This document shows positions 37,240 through 46,682 of a stretch of 50,831 nt of DNA, piece by piece (the first letter of the stretch is position 1; each line of letters begins with the position of its first letter). This DNA comes from Armatimonadota bacterium (GTDB lineage Bacteria; Armatimonadota; Fimbriimonadia; Fimbriimonadales; Fimbriimonadaceae). Under the pieces are notes generated by a model. The model saw only the letters and a list, made by a program, of their open reading frames with translations, was not told the DNA's origin and searched no databases. The DNA is taken from NCBI GenBank assembly GCA_031400935.1, contig JANNQV010000014.1:1-50831 (forward strand), given 5' to 3'. The position numbers and the translations under genes were made by a program.

Positions 37240-37322
37240 TTTGGATTTTGGATTGTCGATTGTGGATTCAGTTGAAGTGCAAACTGGGGTAACGGATAAC
37301 CAACAACCAATAACCAACAACT
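37240..37322. repeat. Heptamer arrays (TTTTGGA-type and CCAACAA-type)
   Basis: ttttgga ttttgga ttgtcga ttgtgga; ataaccaacaaccaataaccaacaac. Confidence 0.7.
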
Positions 37323-37344
37323 CCCCCGTGTCAAAATCCCCTAG

Positions 37345-37686
37345 ATGTCGAATGTCGAAGACTTACGATCCCTGTGCATGAGCCTTCCCGGCACGACAGA
37401 GGAGTACCCTTGGGAACACGTCGTATGGAAAGTTGTTGGGAAAATCTACGCGATCACGAGCGATCCAGCCGAAAACGTAACGGTCGTCAGCACGTTGGAT
37501 CGCCAAGCCGTCCTCATCCAAGACCCTTCGATATGGGTTGCAAGCCACGTTGGCCGGTACGGCTGGGTAACGATTGGGCTTTCTGAAACTGCGATGCTTG
37601 AGGTCGCTAAGGAGTTGATTCGAGATTCATACGCGATGGTTTTTGGCAAGCTTTCAAAGAAGGCAAGGCAGTCCATTGGAGCTTAG
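37345..37686 (+). CDS. MmcQ/YjbR family DNA-binding protein
   Basis: CMSLPGTTEEYPW, WKVVGKIYA, HVGRYGWV, ELIRDSY. Confidence 0.9.
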   Translation: MSNVEDLRSLCMSLPGTTEEYPWEHVVWKVVGKIYAITSDPAENVTVVSTLDRQAVLIQDPSIWVASHVGRYGWVTIGLSETAMLEVAKELIRDSYAMVFGKLSKKARQSIGA

Positions 37687-37740
37687 TTTTCGCCCAATTC
37701 TGGCATTTTGGTTGTTAGGGATTGGGGTATAAGTCGGTCT

Positions 37741-37941
37741 ATGTCCATTGCAAAAACAATCGAACTAAGTTCTTCATCAACGGTCAGTTTCGAAACCGCA
37801 ATAAAGGAAGGCATTGCGCGTGCTGAAAAGACTCTAAAGAACGTTGAGGGCGCCTGGATCAAAGATCAGAAAGTGATCGTAAAGTCTGGCAATGTGGTCG
37901 AATATCGTGTTCACATGATGGTCACATTCGTTCTTGAATGA
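37741..37941 (+). CDS. Dodecin family flavin-binding protein
   Basis: MSIAKTIELSSSS..SFE.AI..GI.RA.KTL.NV..AWIKDQ...EYRV..VTFVLE. Confidence 0.9.
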   Translation: MSIAKTIELSSSSTVSFETAIKEGIARAEKTLKNVEGAWIKDQKVIVKSGNVVEYRVHMMVTFVLE

Positions 37942-37980
37942 TCCTTGTTTCAATCTCCGGCTCAACCTTGCGAACTGGTT

Positions 37981-39048
37981 TCAATTTGAATCTGTCAAGA
38001 GCGCCCGCCGCACTGCGAACAGTTCGACTGGCACTTCTTTGCCTTTAAGCATGCTCGGTCCCAGAGGCACCACCGAATAGCCTGAGGCGTCAGTTCGATC
38101 TGCGATTTCCTTGGAAACCAATAGATCGTGTCCAAGCGAAGAGCACATTCCCACAATCCGTGCTGTCGTGTTGACCGCGTCGCCGTGATAAACAATCTCA
38201 CTCTTTGCCCGCCCAACCTCTGCAGCGACCACGGAACCCATATGTATTCCAGCCTTAAACGTTGGAATGACGCCAAATCGGTCCTGATAGAACTGCGATC
38301 GCTTTTCGATCTCCTCTTGAAGCTTTGAGAAGATTCGAAAACAGTTTGCGTTCTTGAACGCTCGATCAGGCCGCCAAACGATGACCGCTTCATCGCCGAT
38401 GTAGTGCGACACCGTACCCTTTGTCGCCCACAGCGCCCAACCAAGGTCGCTAAAAAACTCTTGGATCAGCGCCGAGAACTCCAGACTCCCCAGACGTTCG
38501 GCGAGAGAAGTCGAGTCCTTCAGATCTAGGAACATGAACACCAGTTGCTCTTCGCGGGGCCGATGGTACTTGCCAGTAATCCAGTTCCACAGCACTCCTG
38601 GGCCGAGTTTGCGCAGCACTTGCAGAAACATAGTCCCCAGAAAGAAAAAGCCGACACTGATCGCAAATGCCAACTGAACATCAGGGCCAGCAATGATCTC
38701 GCGAGTCCATTCAATGACACTGGGATCAGTAATCGGGCGACGATCTAGCACCGCAACCACGATAGCAACGTTGAGAGTGATGAGCACTACGCCCACAGTC
38801 AAGAACGACAAATACTGGATCAAGATTGCTGGGAGGAAGGAAAACCGGCGTGTGTACGGCACGATGAAAGCGAACAGAAATGTCATGCTCGGCCCCGCAA
38901 GCACGGCGTTGATTGCCCCTGCAAGCAGCGCCGCTTTGAAGTCCCTTTCGCCGCTAGCGAGGACGATCACAGAAACGAAAGGGAAAAGGAAAGCAAACGC
39001 CGAACCCCATAGCGTATGCCGCAACCGAACTTTCCACTTATCGTTCAT
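37981..39048 (-). CDS. Membrane-bound class III adenylate/guanylate cyclase
   Basis: Four TMs; FLDLKDST, IGDE, KAGIHMG, GDAVNTTARI, LKGK. Confidence 0.9.
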   Translation of the reverse strand: MNDKWKVRLRHTLWGSAFAFLFPFVSVIVLASGERDFKAALLAGAINAVLAGPSMTFLFAFIVPYTRRFSFLPAILIQYLSFLTVGVVLITLNVAIVVAVLDRRPITDPSVIEWTREIIAGPDVQLAFAISVGFFFLGTMFLQVLRKLGPGVLWNWITGKYHRPREEQLVFMFLDLKDSTSLAERLGSLEFSALIQEFFSDLGWALWATKGTVSHYIGDEAVIVWRPDRAFKNANCFRIFSKLQEEIEKRSQFYQDRFGVIPTFKAGIHMGSVVAAEVGRAKSEIVYHGDAVNTTARIVGMCSSLGHDLLVSKEIADRTDASGYSVVPLGPSMLKGKEVPVELFAVRRALLTDSN

Positions 39049-39110
39049 CTTGAAGAGGATACTTCGGCGTCACAGAATTGGACACTGACATTGTTCAAGG
39101 ACTTAGAAAC

Positions 39111-39845
39111 TCACTTCCCTGTCAAAAACGGATTCGGCCGTTCCAAAAACCACTCTTCCGAGATTCTCTCTTGCTCGGCATACACTGAAGCATCGCCCAA
39201 AGAAGCAACACCATAGCAGCATTCGTTCAGCCCCATCCGCACCGCCCAAGCCGCGTCGCCCCAACTGTAGTGCCACCATTCGTCGCGGCAATTTGAAAAG
39301 CCCACTTCTAGCATTGCAGAAACAAGGATTTCACGGTGCCTCTTCGCATCATCAGAAAGTCCAAGAGTAAATGTGGCAGCCGCGTCGAATCTGCCATACG
39401 GCGCGCACACGTCCATCACGTTGCCCTTAAGGTCAAGGAGCCAAATGTCTAGCGCGGCGCCTGTGCAGTGCCCAGGGGGAGCTTTTTGGTCGGTCGGTGC
39501 CGCCCAGCGGTTTACGGTTCTCCGTAGCGACGCATAGCTTCTATCAGGATATGCGACCTTTGCGCATTCAAAAACCCAATCGTAGATTCTTCGTTGGCGT
39601 TCGATTGGCCGCCATGCATCTACAACTCCGAGCCGAAACTCCTTTGGAATGAGTCGAGCTGCCCTCTCACCCATTTCTGCGACAGTTTTGCGAGCAAATG
39701 GGATCACGGATTTGCGATGAATGACCAAACTTGGTGCGGCAATTCTAAGGTCAACAAGCGGCTCGCCGTTCTCGATCTCAACAATTCGGTTGCATGCCGA
39801 TATCGGCTCAGGGACGCCTTTGGTCCAATCTCTGGCTACTTTCAA
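39111..39845 (-). CDS. M15D D-alanyl-D-alanine dipeptidase (VanX/DdpX-like)
   Basis: DAWRP, PGHCTGAALD, EWWHYSWGD. Confidence 0.88.
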   Translation of the reverse strand: MKVARDWTKGVPEPISACNRIVEIENGEPLVDLRIAAPSLVIHRKSVIPFARKTVAEMGERAARLIPKEFRLGVVDAWRPIERQRRIYDWVFECAKVAYPDRSYASLRRTVNRWAAPTDQKAPPGHCTGAALDIWLLDLKGNVMDVCAPYGRFDAAATFTLGLSDDAKRHREILVSAMLEVGFSNCRDEWWHYSWGDAAWAVRMGLNECCYGVASLGDASVYAEQERISEEWFLERPNPFLTGK

Positions 39846-40888
39846 AGTGCACCGTTGGCGGGTTTCCTAGACTTCACTTCAATCGAATCGCCAGGCATTA
39901 AGATCGGATTCTCCTGCTCCCTCTTCAAGATCTTCTCATAGTTGAACTTGAAACGGTCGAACTTTCCGCTTGATAGTCGCACGACCAAAATCTCTGTTTT
40001 GATGGCTAAGGGGCTAAACCCGGAAGCCAAATTCAGAGCGTCCGTTAGGCGCATTCCTTCTTTGAAGGCGTATTGTCCTTCTTTGCCAACCGCGCCCATT
40101 ACTGAAATCCATGCGTCAATGTTTCGGGCTGGGACTAGAATTCTATCGCCTATGGCAAGCTTGAATTCGTCGCTCACATTTAAGTTGACGATCCGAACAA
40201 TCTTGCCATCGCGCCAAATTTCGACAGCCTCAGGGTTTCCGTTTCCGGAGATTCCGCCTGCCAAGCCGATTGCAGTTTTCACGGTAATGCCGATTGAAAA
40301 ATCAACCTTGCTTGGTTGACGCACTTCCCCTAAAACCGAGATTTCTGCGACAGATTCGAGCAATGGAAAAGTGACTGTGTCGCCAGGCTTCAGAACGACA
40401 TTCCAGCCATCAGAACTAGACTTTAGCGTTACAAAGCGATGAAAGGTTCTCCTTCCGTCAGAATCTAGGACTTCAATTTTATCAAGGTCGGCTCTGTTTG
40501 TTGGATTAGCAGCCAAAACAATATCAGAAAGCCGTATTCCATTGCGCCAAGGTTGGCTTCCTGGATTGCGGACGGCTCCTGTGATGAAAACGGAATGGCT
40601 CTTGACTCCCAAACGGCGAATTTCAAGCCCACGAATGTTAAATCCTGCGAACTTCAAATTGATGGAAATTTCGGCTTTCGCGTCCACCCATTTCATCCCT
40701 GCAACAACCAATCTAATGTTTCGAGGAAGCCAAACGGAGCCGTCATTTCCAATTTCAGCATCAAAATTGAGTGCGGCTTCGGCACTGCTTATAAATCGTA
40801 TTTGATCTTGCGGCTTTAGCGACACATGACCTTGGGCAAGCCCCAAACTGGCCAAAAGCAATGCAATCAACAGGGAGATGGGCCGCAT
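39842..40888 (-). CDS. SLBB-repeat polysaccharide export-type protein
   Basis: Signal peptide; three SLBB units (VFITGAVRNPG, VLGEVRQP, VMGAVGKEG, each ending LxxGD). Confidence 0.82.
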   Translation of the reverse strand: MRPISLLIALLLASLGLAQGHVSLKPQDQIRFISSAEAALNFDAEIGNDGSVWLPRNIRLVVAGMKWVDAKAEISINLKFAGFNIRGLEIRRLGVKSHSVFITGAVRNPGSQPWRNGIRLSDIVLAANPTNRADLDKIEVLDSDGRRTFHRFVTLKSSSDGWNVVLKPGDTVTFPLLESVAEISVLGEVRQPSKVDFSIGITVKTAIGLAGGISGNGNPEAVEIWRDGKIVRIVNLNVSDEFKLAIGDRILVPARNIDAWISVMGAVGKEGQYAFKEGMRLTDALNLASGFSPLAIKTEILVVRLSSGKFDRFKFNYEKILKREQENPILMPGDSIEVKSRKPANGAL

Positions 40889-40914
40889 AATATATTAGAC
40901 GCATCAAAAAAGGG

Positions 40915-40990
40915 TGGTGCCGCAAGCCGGACTCGAACCGGCGACCCAAGGATTTTCAGTCCTTTGCTCTACCAACTGAGCTACCGCGGC
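40915..40990 (-). tRNA. tRNA-Phe (GAA)
   Basis: GCCGCGGTAGCTCAGTTGGTAGAGCAAAGGACTGAAAATCCTTGGGTCGCCGGTTCGAGTCCGGCTTGCGGCACCA. Confidence 0.97.
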
Positions 40991-40995
40991 ACAAA

Positions 40996-41072
40996 TGGCG
41001 CGGACGACGGGATTTGAACCCGCGACCTCCGGCGTGACAGGCCGGCGCTCTAAACCGCTGAGCTACGCCCGC
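40996..41072 (-). tRNA. tRNA-Asp (GTC)
   Basis: GCGGGCGTAGCTCAGCGGTTTAGAGCGCCGGCCTGTCACGCCGGAGGTCGCGGGTTCAAATCCCGTCGTCCGCGCCA. Confidence 0.97.
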
Positions 41073-41084
41073 GAACAAGAGAGG

Positions 41085-41113
41085 AGTATGGCATAGTCTG
41101 GGCAAGTTTGCAA
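41085..41113 (-). promoter_or_regulatory. Promoter of the tRNA-Asp/Phe pair
   Basis: Minus strand TTGCAA-17 nt-CATACT just upstream of tRNA-Asp. Confidence 0.6.
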
Positions 41114-41168
41114 CTATCCCATCCGAATGACATCTACGTTTTTTCCAGACTGAAGTTTGGGGTCAAAA

Positions 41169-41191
41169 TGCAGACTAAAGTCTGCGTTCCA
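41169..41191. repeat. REP-like palindrome GCAGACTAAAGTCTGCGTTCCA
   Basis: Hairpin GCAGACT-aa-AGTCTGC with a TCCA tail; degenerate partner CCAGACTGAAGTTTGG at about 41145-41160. Confidence 0.6.
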
Positions 41192-41224
41192 TTGTCGTAA
41201 ATTGCAACATCCTTTCGTCATTGG

Positions 41225-42313
41225 CTAGGCTTCGAGAATCCCAAGGAAATCGCGTAATGCGTTGCCTTGTTCTTCAGAATCCAACAAAAATGCGTCATGA
41301 CCGTACGATACTTCGATATTCTTCCAGGTGGCGTTAAGGCTTGCATCAGTCGCCATTTCGAGCAGCTGACGACTTTGTTCGGGCAAATACAGCCAATCGC
41401 TCGTGAAACTTGTAAACAGAAACTTTGCTTTGGCACCTTGCAACGATTTCAAGTCGAAATAATCAATCGCCCTGGTCAATACAAGCAACGAATTGGGATC
41501 AAATCGCCCTGTGAACTTGTCGCCTTGATAGTTTAAGTAGCTCTCGACTTGAAACTCAGGCGACCACGTAAAATCAAATTTTTGTTTGTCTTGAAGTCGC
41601 CTGCCAAATTTGGCGGCAAAAGCAGATTCGCTCAAAAACGAAAGATGGCCGATCATTCTTGCAACTGCAAGTCCTTGAATTGGCGGGTCTGAAGAGTCGT
41701 AATCTCCGTTTTGCCATTTTGGGTCGCGAATAATCGCTTGGCGCGCGGCTTCATTAAAACCAATCTGCATTGCATTGTGGGCGGCGCAGCTAGCAGTCGC
41801 CCACACGCCTCTAACGCGGCTTGGGAACCGTACAGACCACTCCAAGGCTTGCATCCCGCCCATTGAGCCGCCACAGACTAGTAGCCAGCTTTCAATTTGA
41901 AGAGATTCTCGCAATCGTCCTTGAACCGCAACTATATCTCCAACTGTCACCATCGGAAATCGCGAGCCATACGGTTTGCCGTCGTCAAAAACTGAACTCG
42001 GCCCAGTGGAGCCGTCGCATCCGCCCAAACTGTTCACACCAACAACAAAATACCGATTCGTGTCTATTGGCTTGCCCGGTCCAATCATTCGATCCCACCA
42101 TTGCTGGCAGTTCGCATTACCGCTCAAAGCATGGCAAACAAGAATTGCGTTGTCTTTGTTGAGGTTCAACTCCCCAAAGGTCATGTACGCAATGTTAACA
42201 GTTTGGATGAATCCGCCCGAATCAGTTGTGTATGAGCCCGTTCTTAGGATTAAAGGCAGCTGTTCAGAAGCAGTGCGTTCGTTTTCTTGAAACAGTCCAG
42301 GATCAATATCCAC
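41225..42313 (-). CDS. metX: Homoserine O-acetyltransferase
   Basis: LVCHALSG, IGPGKPIDT, GGSMGGMQ, VESYLNYQG.KF, SDWLY, GHDAFL. Confidence 0.93.
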   Translation of the reverse strand: MDIDPGLFQENERTASEQLPLILRTGSYTTDSGGFIQTVNIAYMTFGELNLNKDNAILVCHALSGNANCQQWWDRMIGPGKPIDTNRYFVVGVNSLGGCDGSTGPSSVFDDGKPYGSRFPMVTVGDIVAVQGRLRESLQIESWLLVCGGSMGGMQALEWSVRFPSRVRGVWATASCAAHNAMQIGFNEAARQAIIRDPKWQNGDYDSSDPPIQGLAVARMIGHLSFLSESAFAAKFGRRLQDKQKFDFTWSPEFQVESYLNYQGDKFTGRFDPNSLLVLTRAIDYFDLKSLQGAKAKFLFTSFTSDWLYLPEQSRQLLEMATDASLNATWKNIEVSYGHDAFLLDSEEQGNALRDFLGILEA

Positions 42314-42316
42314 AAC

Positions 42317-43504
42317 TTACTCTTTGCGATATCCAGGGCGATTGGGTTGATTTTGGACACCCCCACCAGGCTTTTGGGGTGTCGTGGGTCCAGCCGATGG
42401 AGCGACCCGGCCTGAACTTTGGCCTTCGCCCTTCCCTTTTGAAAGGCTAACCAAACGGTCAAATTCGCCTGGGTCCTTGGCCCGTGATCTGGCTTCCTCA
42501 AGAGAGACTAGGGATCGTTCTACTAAATTCGCAAGAGACTGATCAAGGGTCTGCATCTTGGCTCTCGCGCCTGTCTGAATCATTGAACTAATCTGGTAAG
42601 TCTTGTTTTCCCGAATCAAATTTCGAACGGCAGGCGTGGCGACAAGTGCTTCAAAAGCTGCAACTCGTCCTCGCGCATCTTTTCTCTTAACAAGCGTTTG
42701 TGAAATGACACCGACTAGGTTTACGGACAGTTGCATTCGCACTTGCTGCTGTTGGTGGATCGGGAATACGTCAACGATTCGATCTACAGTTTGAACAGCG
42801 TCAACGGTATGCAACGTTCCAAATACCAAGTGACCGGTTTCGGCGGCGGTGATCGCGAGGTGAATGGTGTCTAGGTCGCGCATTTCTCCAACCAAAATCA
42901 CATCGGGGTCTTGTCGCAGAACGTATTTGAGCGCGTTTGCAAAACTATTTGTATCCACGTTCAATTCCCTTTGATTGATTAGGGCCTGATGGTCTCCGTG
43001 AACGAACTCAATCGGATCTTCTACGGTCATGATATGAACCGGGTGCGTGCGATTGATATGGTCAACCATTGCGGCAAGCGTCGTAGATTTGCCGCTGCCA
43101 GCAGGCCCTGTAACCAAGACGAGGCCTCTTGGCCGTTCTATGAAATCGTAGCACGCAGTGGGAAGCTGCAGCTCCTCCATATTTTGAATTTCATAGGGAA
43201 TAACACGGAAAGCAGCCTGCTTGTTGCTTCTTTGCTGGTAGAGGTTGCCGCGAAAGCGCGATACCCCCACGATTTCGTGGGCAAAGTCGAGTTCAAGGTC
43301 ATTGTAGAATCTGTCTACTTGCTCTGACGATAGGATCAGATGAAGTGCTAAATCAAGTTCTTCCTGAGAAAACTTTGGAATGTCCTCGAGTTCGATAAGG
43401 TCGCCAAAAACTCGAACATAAACTCTTCCCGTGTCTGTCTTGATGTGCAAATCAGAACCGAACATATCCACGCAACGACTCAAAAGCTGATTAATGTCAA
43501 GCAT
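42317..43504 (-). CDS. pilT: Type IV pilus retraction ATPase PilT
   Basis: GPAGSGKST, TVEDPIE, LRQDPDVILVGEMRD, AETGHLV.GTLHT, AVRNLIRE. Confidence 0.92.
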   Translation of the reverse strand: MLDINQLLSRCVDMFGSDLHIKTDTGRVYVRVFGDLIELEDIPKFSQEELDLALHLILSSEQVDRFYNDLELDFAHEIVGVSRFRGNLYQQRSNKQAAFRVIPYEIQNMEELQLPTACYDFIERPRGLVLVTGPAGSGKSTTLAAMVDHINRTHPVHIMTVEDPIEFVHGDHQALINQRELNVDTNSFANALKYVLRQDPDVILVGEMRDLDTIHLAITAAETGHLVFGTLHTVDAVQTVDRIVDVFPIHQQQQVRMQLSVNLVGVISQTLVKRKDARGRVAAFEALVATPAVRNLIRENKTYQISSMIQTGARAKMQTLDQSLANLVERSLVSLEEARSRAKDPGEFDRLVSLSKGKGEGQSSGRVAPSAGPTTPQKPGGGVQNQPNRPGYRKE

Positions 43505-44600
43505 TGGTGCCCTCTACCAATCCTTGATTCATTGCGCGTCGCTGAAAATCAAACGGCTGCGAACATTTTGCCAGCGCATGTTCGTAGTCAATTTTGCCTT
43601 GGCGCAGCAAGTCGAGCAACGAACCATCGAGAGTCTGCATTCCTAGGCTCGCGCCAGTTTGAATGTCGTGATACATCTGGTGAGTTTTGCCATCCCGAAT
43701 GATCGTGCGAATCGAAGAAGTTGCCGTCATTACTTCAAATGCGGCTGTCCTTCCATTGCCATCCTTCAGAGGGAGCAATGTTTGCGAAATAACGGCTTGA
43801 AGCGTAACACTCAATTGTGTTCGGATTTGAGCTTGCTGGTCCGGTTCAAAAACGTCAACAATACGATCTATGGTCTGGGCAGCATCAACCGTATGAAGGG
43901 TTGAAAGGACTAGATGGCCAGTTTCGGCAGCCGTAATTGCAAGTTGGATCGTTTCGAGGTCACGCATTTCGCCAACCAGAATCACGTCAGGGTTTTGGCG
44001 CATAACATGTCTGAGCGCGTCCGTAAAAGTATGGGTATCCGTCGCCAATTCGCGTTGGTTAATGATGCTCATCCGGTCTTCATGAACGTATTCGATTGGG
44101 TCTTCGATTGTCATGATGTGAGCTCGCCTTTGCGTATTGATGTGGTGGATCATTGCCGCAAGCGATGTTGATTTGCCCGACCCCGTCGGTCCCGTCACTA
44201 AAATCAGTCCACGAGGCAACAATGCCAGCGTCTTCGTTACTTGCGGCAAATTCAAATCGTCAATCGTACGGATTTTGAATGGGATTACGCGAAAAACCGC
44301 ACCAATGTTATGTCGTTGCCAAAACATATTGACCCGGAATCGAGACACTCCTGGAACATAGTAGGAGAGATCAAGTTCTTTGAAACTGAAGAGCCGGGCT
44401 CTTCTCTCTTCGTTTACGATTGAAAGGAGAAAATTATTGGATTCTTCAGCGCTTAGAGTAGGGAATTTGTCCATGCGCTTAAGATCGCCATGGATACGAA
44501 AGACCGGCGGTTGGCCGGCCTTGAAGTGAAGGTCGCTGGCGTCATTAGCCACCAGCTCCTTAAGCAAATCGTCTATCGAATAGCTCAACTTTCTTTGCAA
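43497..44600 (-). CDS. pilT: PilT/PilU family ATPase (paralog 2)
   Basis: GPTGSGKST, TIEDPIE, RQNPDVILVGEMRD, TLHT, SIRTIIRD. Confidence 0.88.
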   Translation of the reverse strand: MQRKLSYSIDDLLKELVANDASDLHFKAGQPPVFRIHGDLKRMDKFPTLSAEESNNFLLSIVNEERRARLFSFKELDLSYYVPGVSRFRVNMFWQRHNIGAVFRVIPFKIRTIDDLNLPQVTKTLALLPRGLILVTGPTGSGKSTSLAAMIHHINTQRRAHIMTIEDPIEYVHEDRMSIINQRELATDTHTFTDALRHVMRQNPDVILVGEMRDLETIQLAITAAETGHLVLSTLHTVDAAQTIDRIVDVFEPDQQAQIRTQLSVTLQAVISQTLLPLKDGNGRTAAFEVMTATSSIRTIIRDGKTHQMYHDIQTGASLGMQTLDGSLLDLLRQGKIDYEHALAKCSQPFDFQRRAMNQGLVEGTNA

Positions 44601-44602
44601 CC

Positions 44603-45682
44603 TTATCTACGAAGCAATTGCTTCAACTCAGAAGCCACACCCGCATATTGCATAGCAGACTCTTCCGTAATCACTCCAGCTTTGACATACCGAAGCAAGC
44701 TCTGGTTCATAGTTTGCATTCCCCAGAATTCGCCCTCGTTCATCGCATTGTACAAATCGTGGAAATGTCCGTCTTCAATCATCTTCTGAACGGTTGGCGT
44801 ACATACCAAAATCTCTGTGGCCGCAACTCGTCCCTTCCCATCTGCCCTTGGAACCAGCTTTTGCGCGACAATTGCGCGTAGCGAGTTTGCCATTCGAAGG
44901 CAAAGGTGATCCTTTTCATGCGGCGGAAACATATTGACAATTCTGTCCATCGTTTCGTATGCAGAAGATGTGTGAACTGTTGAAAAAACCAAGTGACCTG
45001 TTTCACCAGCTTGAAGGGCGACATTCATAGTCATTACGTCGCGCATTTCACCGATGAGAATGATATCGGGCGCTTCACGAACAACTGCACGAAGCGCAGG
45101 TTGGAAATCTAAGGTGTCAATTCCGATTTCTCGCTGAGTTAAGTAACCTTTCTTATCCTTATGGACAAATTCAAGAGGGTCTTCAATAGTAACAATGTGG
45201 CACAGGCGGTTTTCGTTGATCAAGTCAATCATCGCCGCAAGAGAAGTCGTCTTTCCTGAACCGGTAGGCCCGGTGACAAGTACCAAGCCCAATCGGTGCT
45301 TGCAAAACTCTTTGATTACTGGAGGCAACCCGAGTTGGTCAAGAGTAAGAATTTGTAGTGGAATGATTCGGCAGACGATTCCCCATCCGCCTCGTTGCAT
45401 GTGAACGTTTGCTCGAACACGGCACTTGTCCCCGACCGCAAAGGCAAGGTCCATTTCCATTGTCTCTTCAAAAACACGGCGCTGCTTTTCATTTAAGAGA
45501 ACTTCAATAATCTTCTGCGAGTCTGCAGCCGTGAGAATTGGAAAGTCTCCTGGAAGCGGTTTCACGAGCGCATGTTGCCGCATCATGATCGTTTGCCCAG
45601 CCTTGATGAAAACGTCAGATGCCCGTTCTTGATAGCCAATCTCAATCAACTCGTGAATGTTAATACTTGCAGCGTCACGCAT
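44603..45682 (-). CDS. PilT/PilU family ATPase (paralog 3, PilU-like)
   Basis: GPTGSGKTT, TIEDPLE, REAPDIILIGEMRD, GETGHLV; AIRNLIRE motif degenerate (TVQKMIED). Confidence 0.88.
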   Translation of the reverse strand: MRDAASINIHELIEIGYQERASDVFIKAGQTIMMRQHALVKPLPGDFPILTAADSQKIIEVLLNEKQRRVFEETMEMDLAFAVGDKCRVRANVHMQRGGWGIVCRIIPLQILTLDQLGLPPVIKEFCKHRLGLVLVTGPTGSGKTTSLAAMIDLINENRLCHIVTIEDPLEFVHKDKKGYLTQREIGIDTLDFQPALRAVVREAPDIILIGEMRDVMTMNVALQAGETGHLVFSTVHTSSAYETMDRIVNMFPPHEKDHLCLRMANSLRAIVAQKLVPRADGKGRVAATEILVCTPTVQKMIEDGHFHDLYNAMNEGEFWGMQTMNQSLLRYVKAGVITEESAMQYAGVASELKQLLRR

Positions 45683-45705
45683 ACTATTTCAAAACCTCTT
45701 TTCCC

Positions 45706-46431
45706 CTAGGATTTCAAGCTCTTAATACCCGGCTTAAGGAGCGACAAGTATACCAAAGCACCCGCACCAAGCGCGGCTGCTCCGATACCAACCCAGCCTA
45801 CGATTGGAAACCCATCGTCAGAATGGGACGGTATTTGTGCAGGCTTTGGTTCTGGCAACCTATCAGGAAACTCAATTTGATCGGGCTTTTTGGCGATGAC
45901 TTCGATTCGGTATTCAATTGCCGGCTTAGGACTATTGAGAATTCGAGCCTCGGCATTCAAAACACTTTCTATTTTAAATGACTTGACCGTTCGTTCATTT
46001 GGCCGAATGCCTTCGAACAACAACGAAAAACCCTTGATTTGCAACGGTTCTGGATCACCGACAAACGCTTTCAAAAAAGGTTCAATTCGCATCGTATTCG
46101 AATTAGAATCCATTAGGCCGTTAATCGAAAACATTCCCTTTACAAACACCATCTTTGGATCATTGCCAGAAAGTGGGTATTTTCCTGTTACCACACCCCT
46201 GGTTTCGGCTCCGAGATTTCGACCCAACTGAAGGATCCTCTCGTTGAGCAATTCGGGCGGGTAATTCGGGTTCAACATCGTAATTTCAACCATGTTTGCA
46301 CCGGTTGGATGAGGTTTGACGACTACCGTTATGTCCGGTCTGACTGTCGTGAAAAGGCTCTCGGCAACTTTTGGCTCTTGTGCAGAAGCGAATGCAAAAC
46401 AGAGCAATCCAAGAAAACCGTACGGGCGCAT
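45706..46431 (-). CDS. Hypothetical exported protein with C-terminal membrane anchor
   Basis: Signal peptide ending ASA, Pro-rich linker, C-terminal TM plus basic tail. Confidence 0.75.
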   Translation of the reverse strand: MRPYGFLGLLCFAFASAQEPKVAESLFTTVRPDITVVVKPHPTGANMVEITMLNPNYPPELLNERILQLGRNLGAETRGVVTGKYPLSGNDPKMVFVKGMFSINGLMDSNSNTMRIEPFLKAFVGDPEPLQIKGFSLLFEGIRPNERTVKSFKIESVLNAEARILNSPKPAIEYRIEVIAKKPDQIEFPDRLPEPKPAQIPSHSDDGFPIVGWVGIGAAALGAGALVYLSLLKPGIKSLKS

Positions 46432-46682
46432 AAGGAAAGACTACCTTCCAATTTGGAAATCAGGTCATTTTGTGGAAAGATTGTAGGAAGCCTAAAGAAA
46501 TCGGCAAATTGTGAAACGCTCACTTGAAACTGCGCGTAATTGAACATTTCGGGACGTTTGTGCCCGTAAAAATTACAAGTGAACCGATATCAAACCTTGA
46601 GTCGTCAAACGGTGATATTCGCAAAGAGACAATAGTTGGATATAATCGCACGACTTACCTAGTGGCCTAAGTGGGGCAAATA

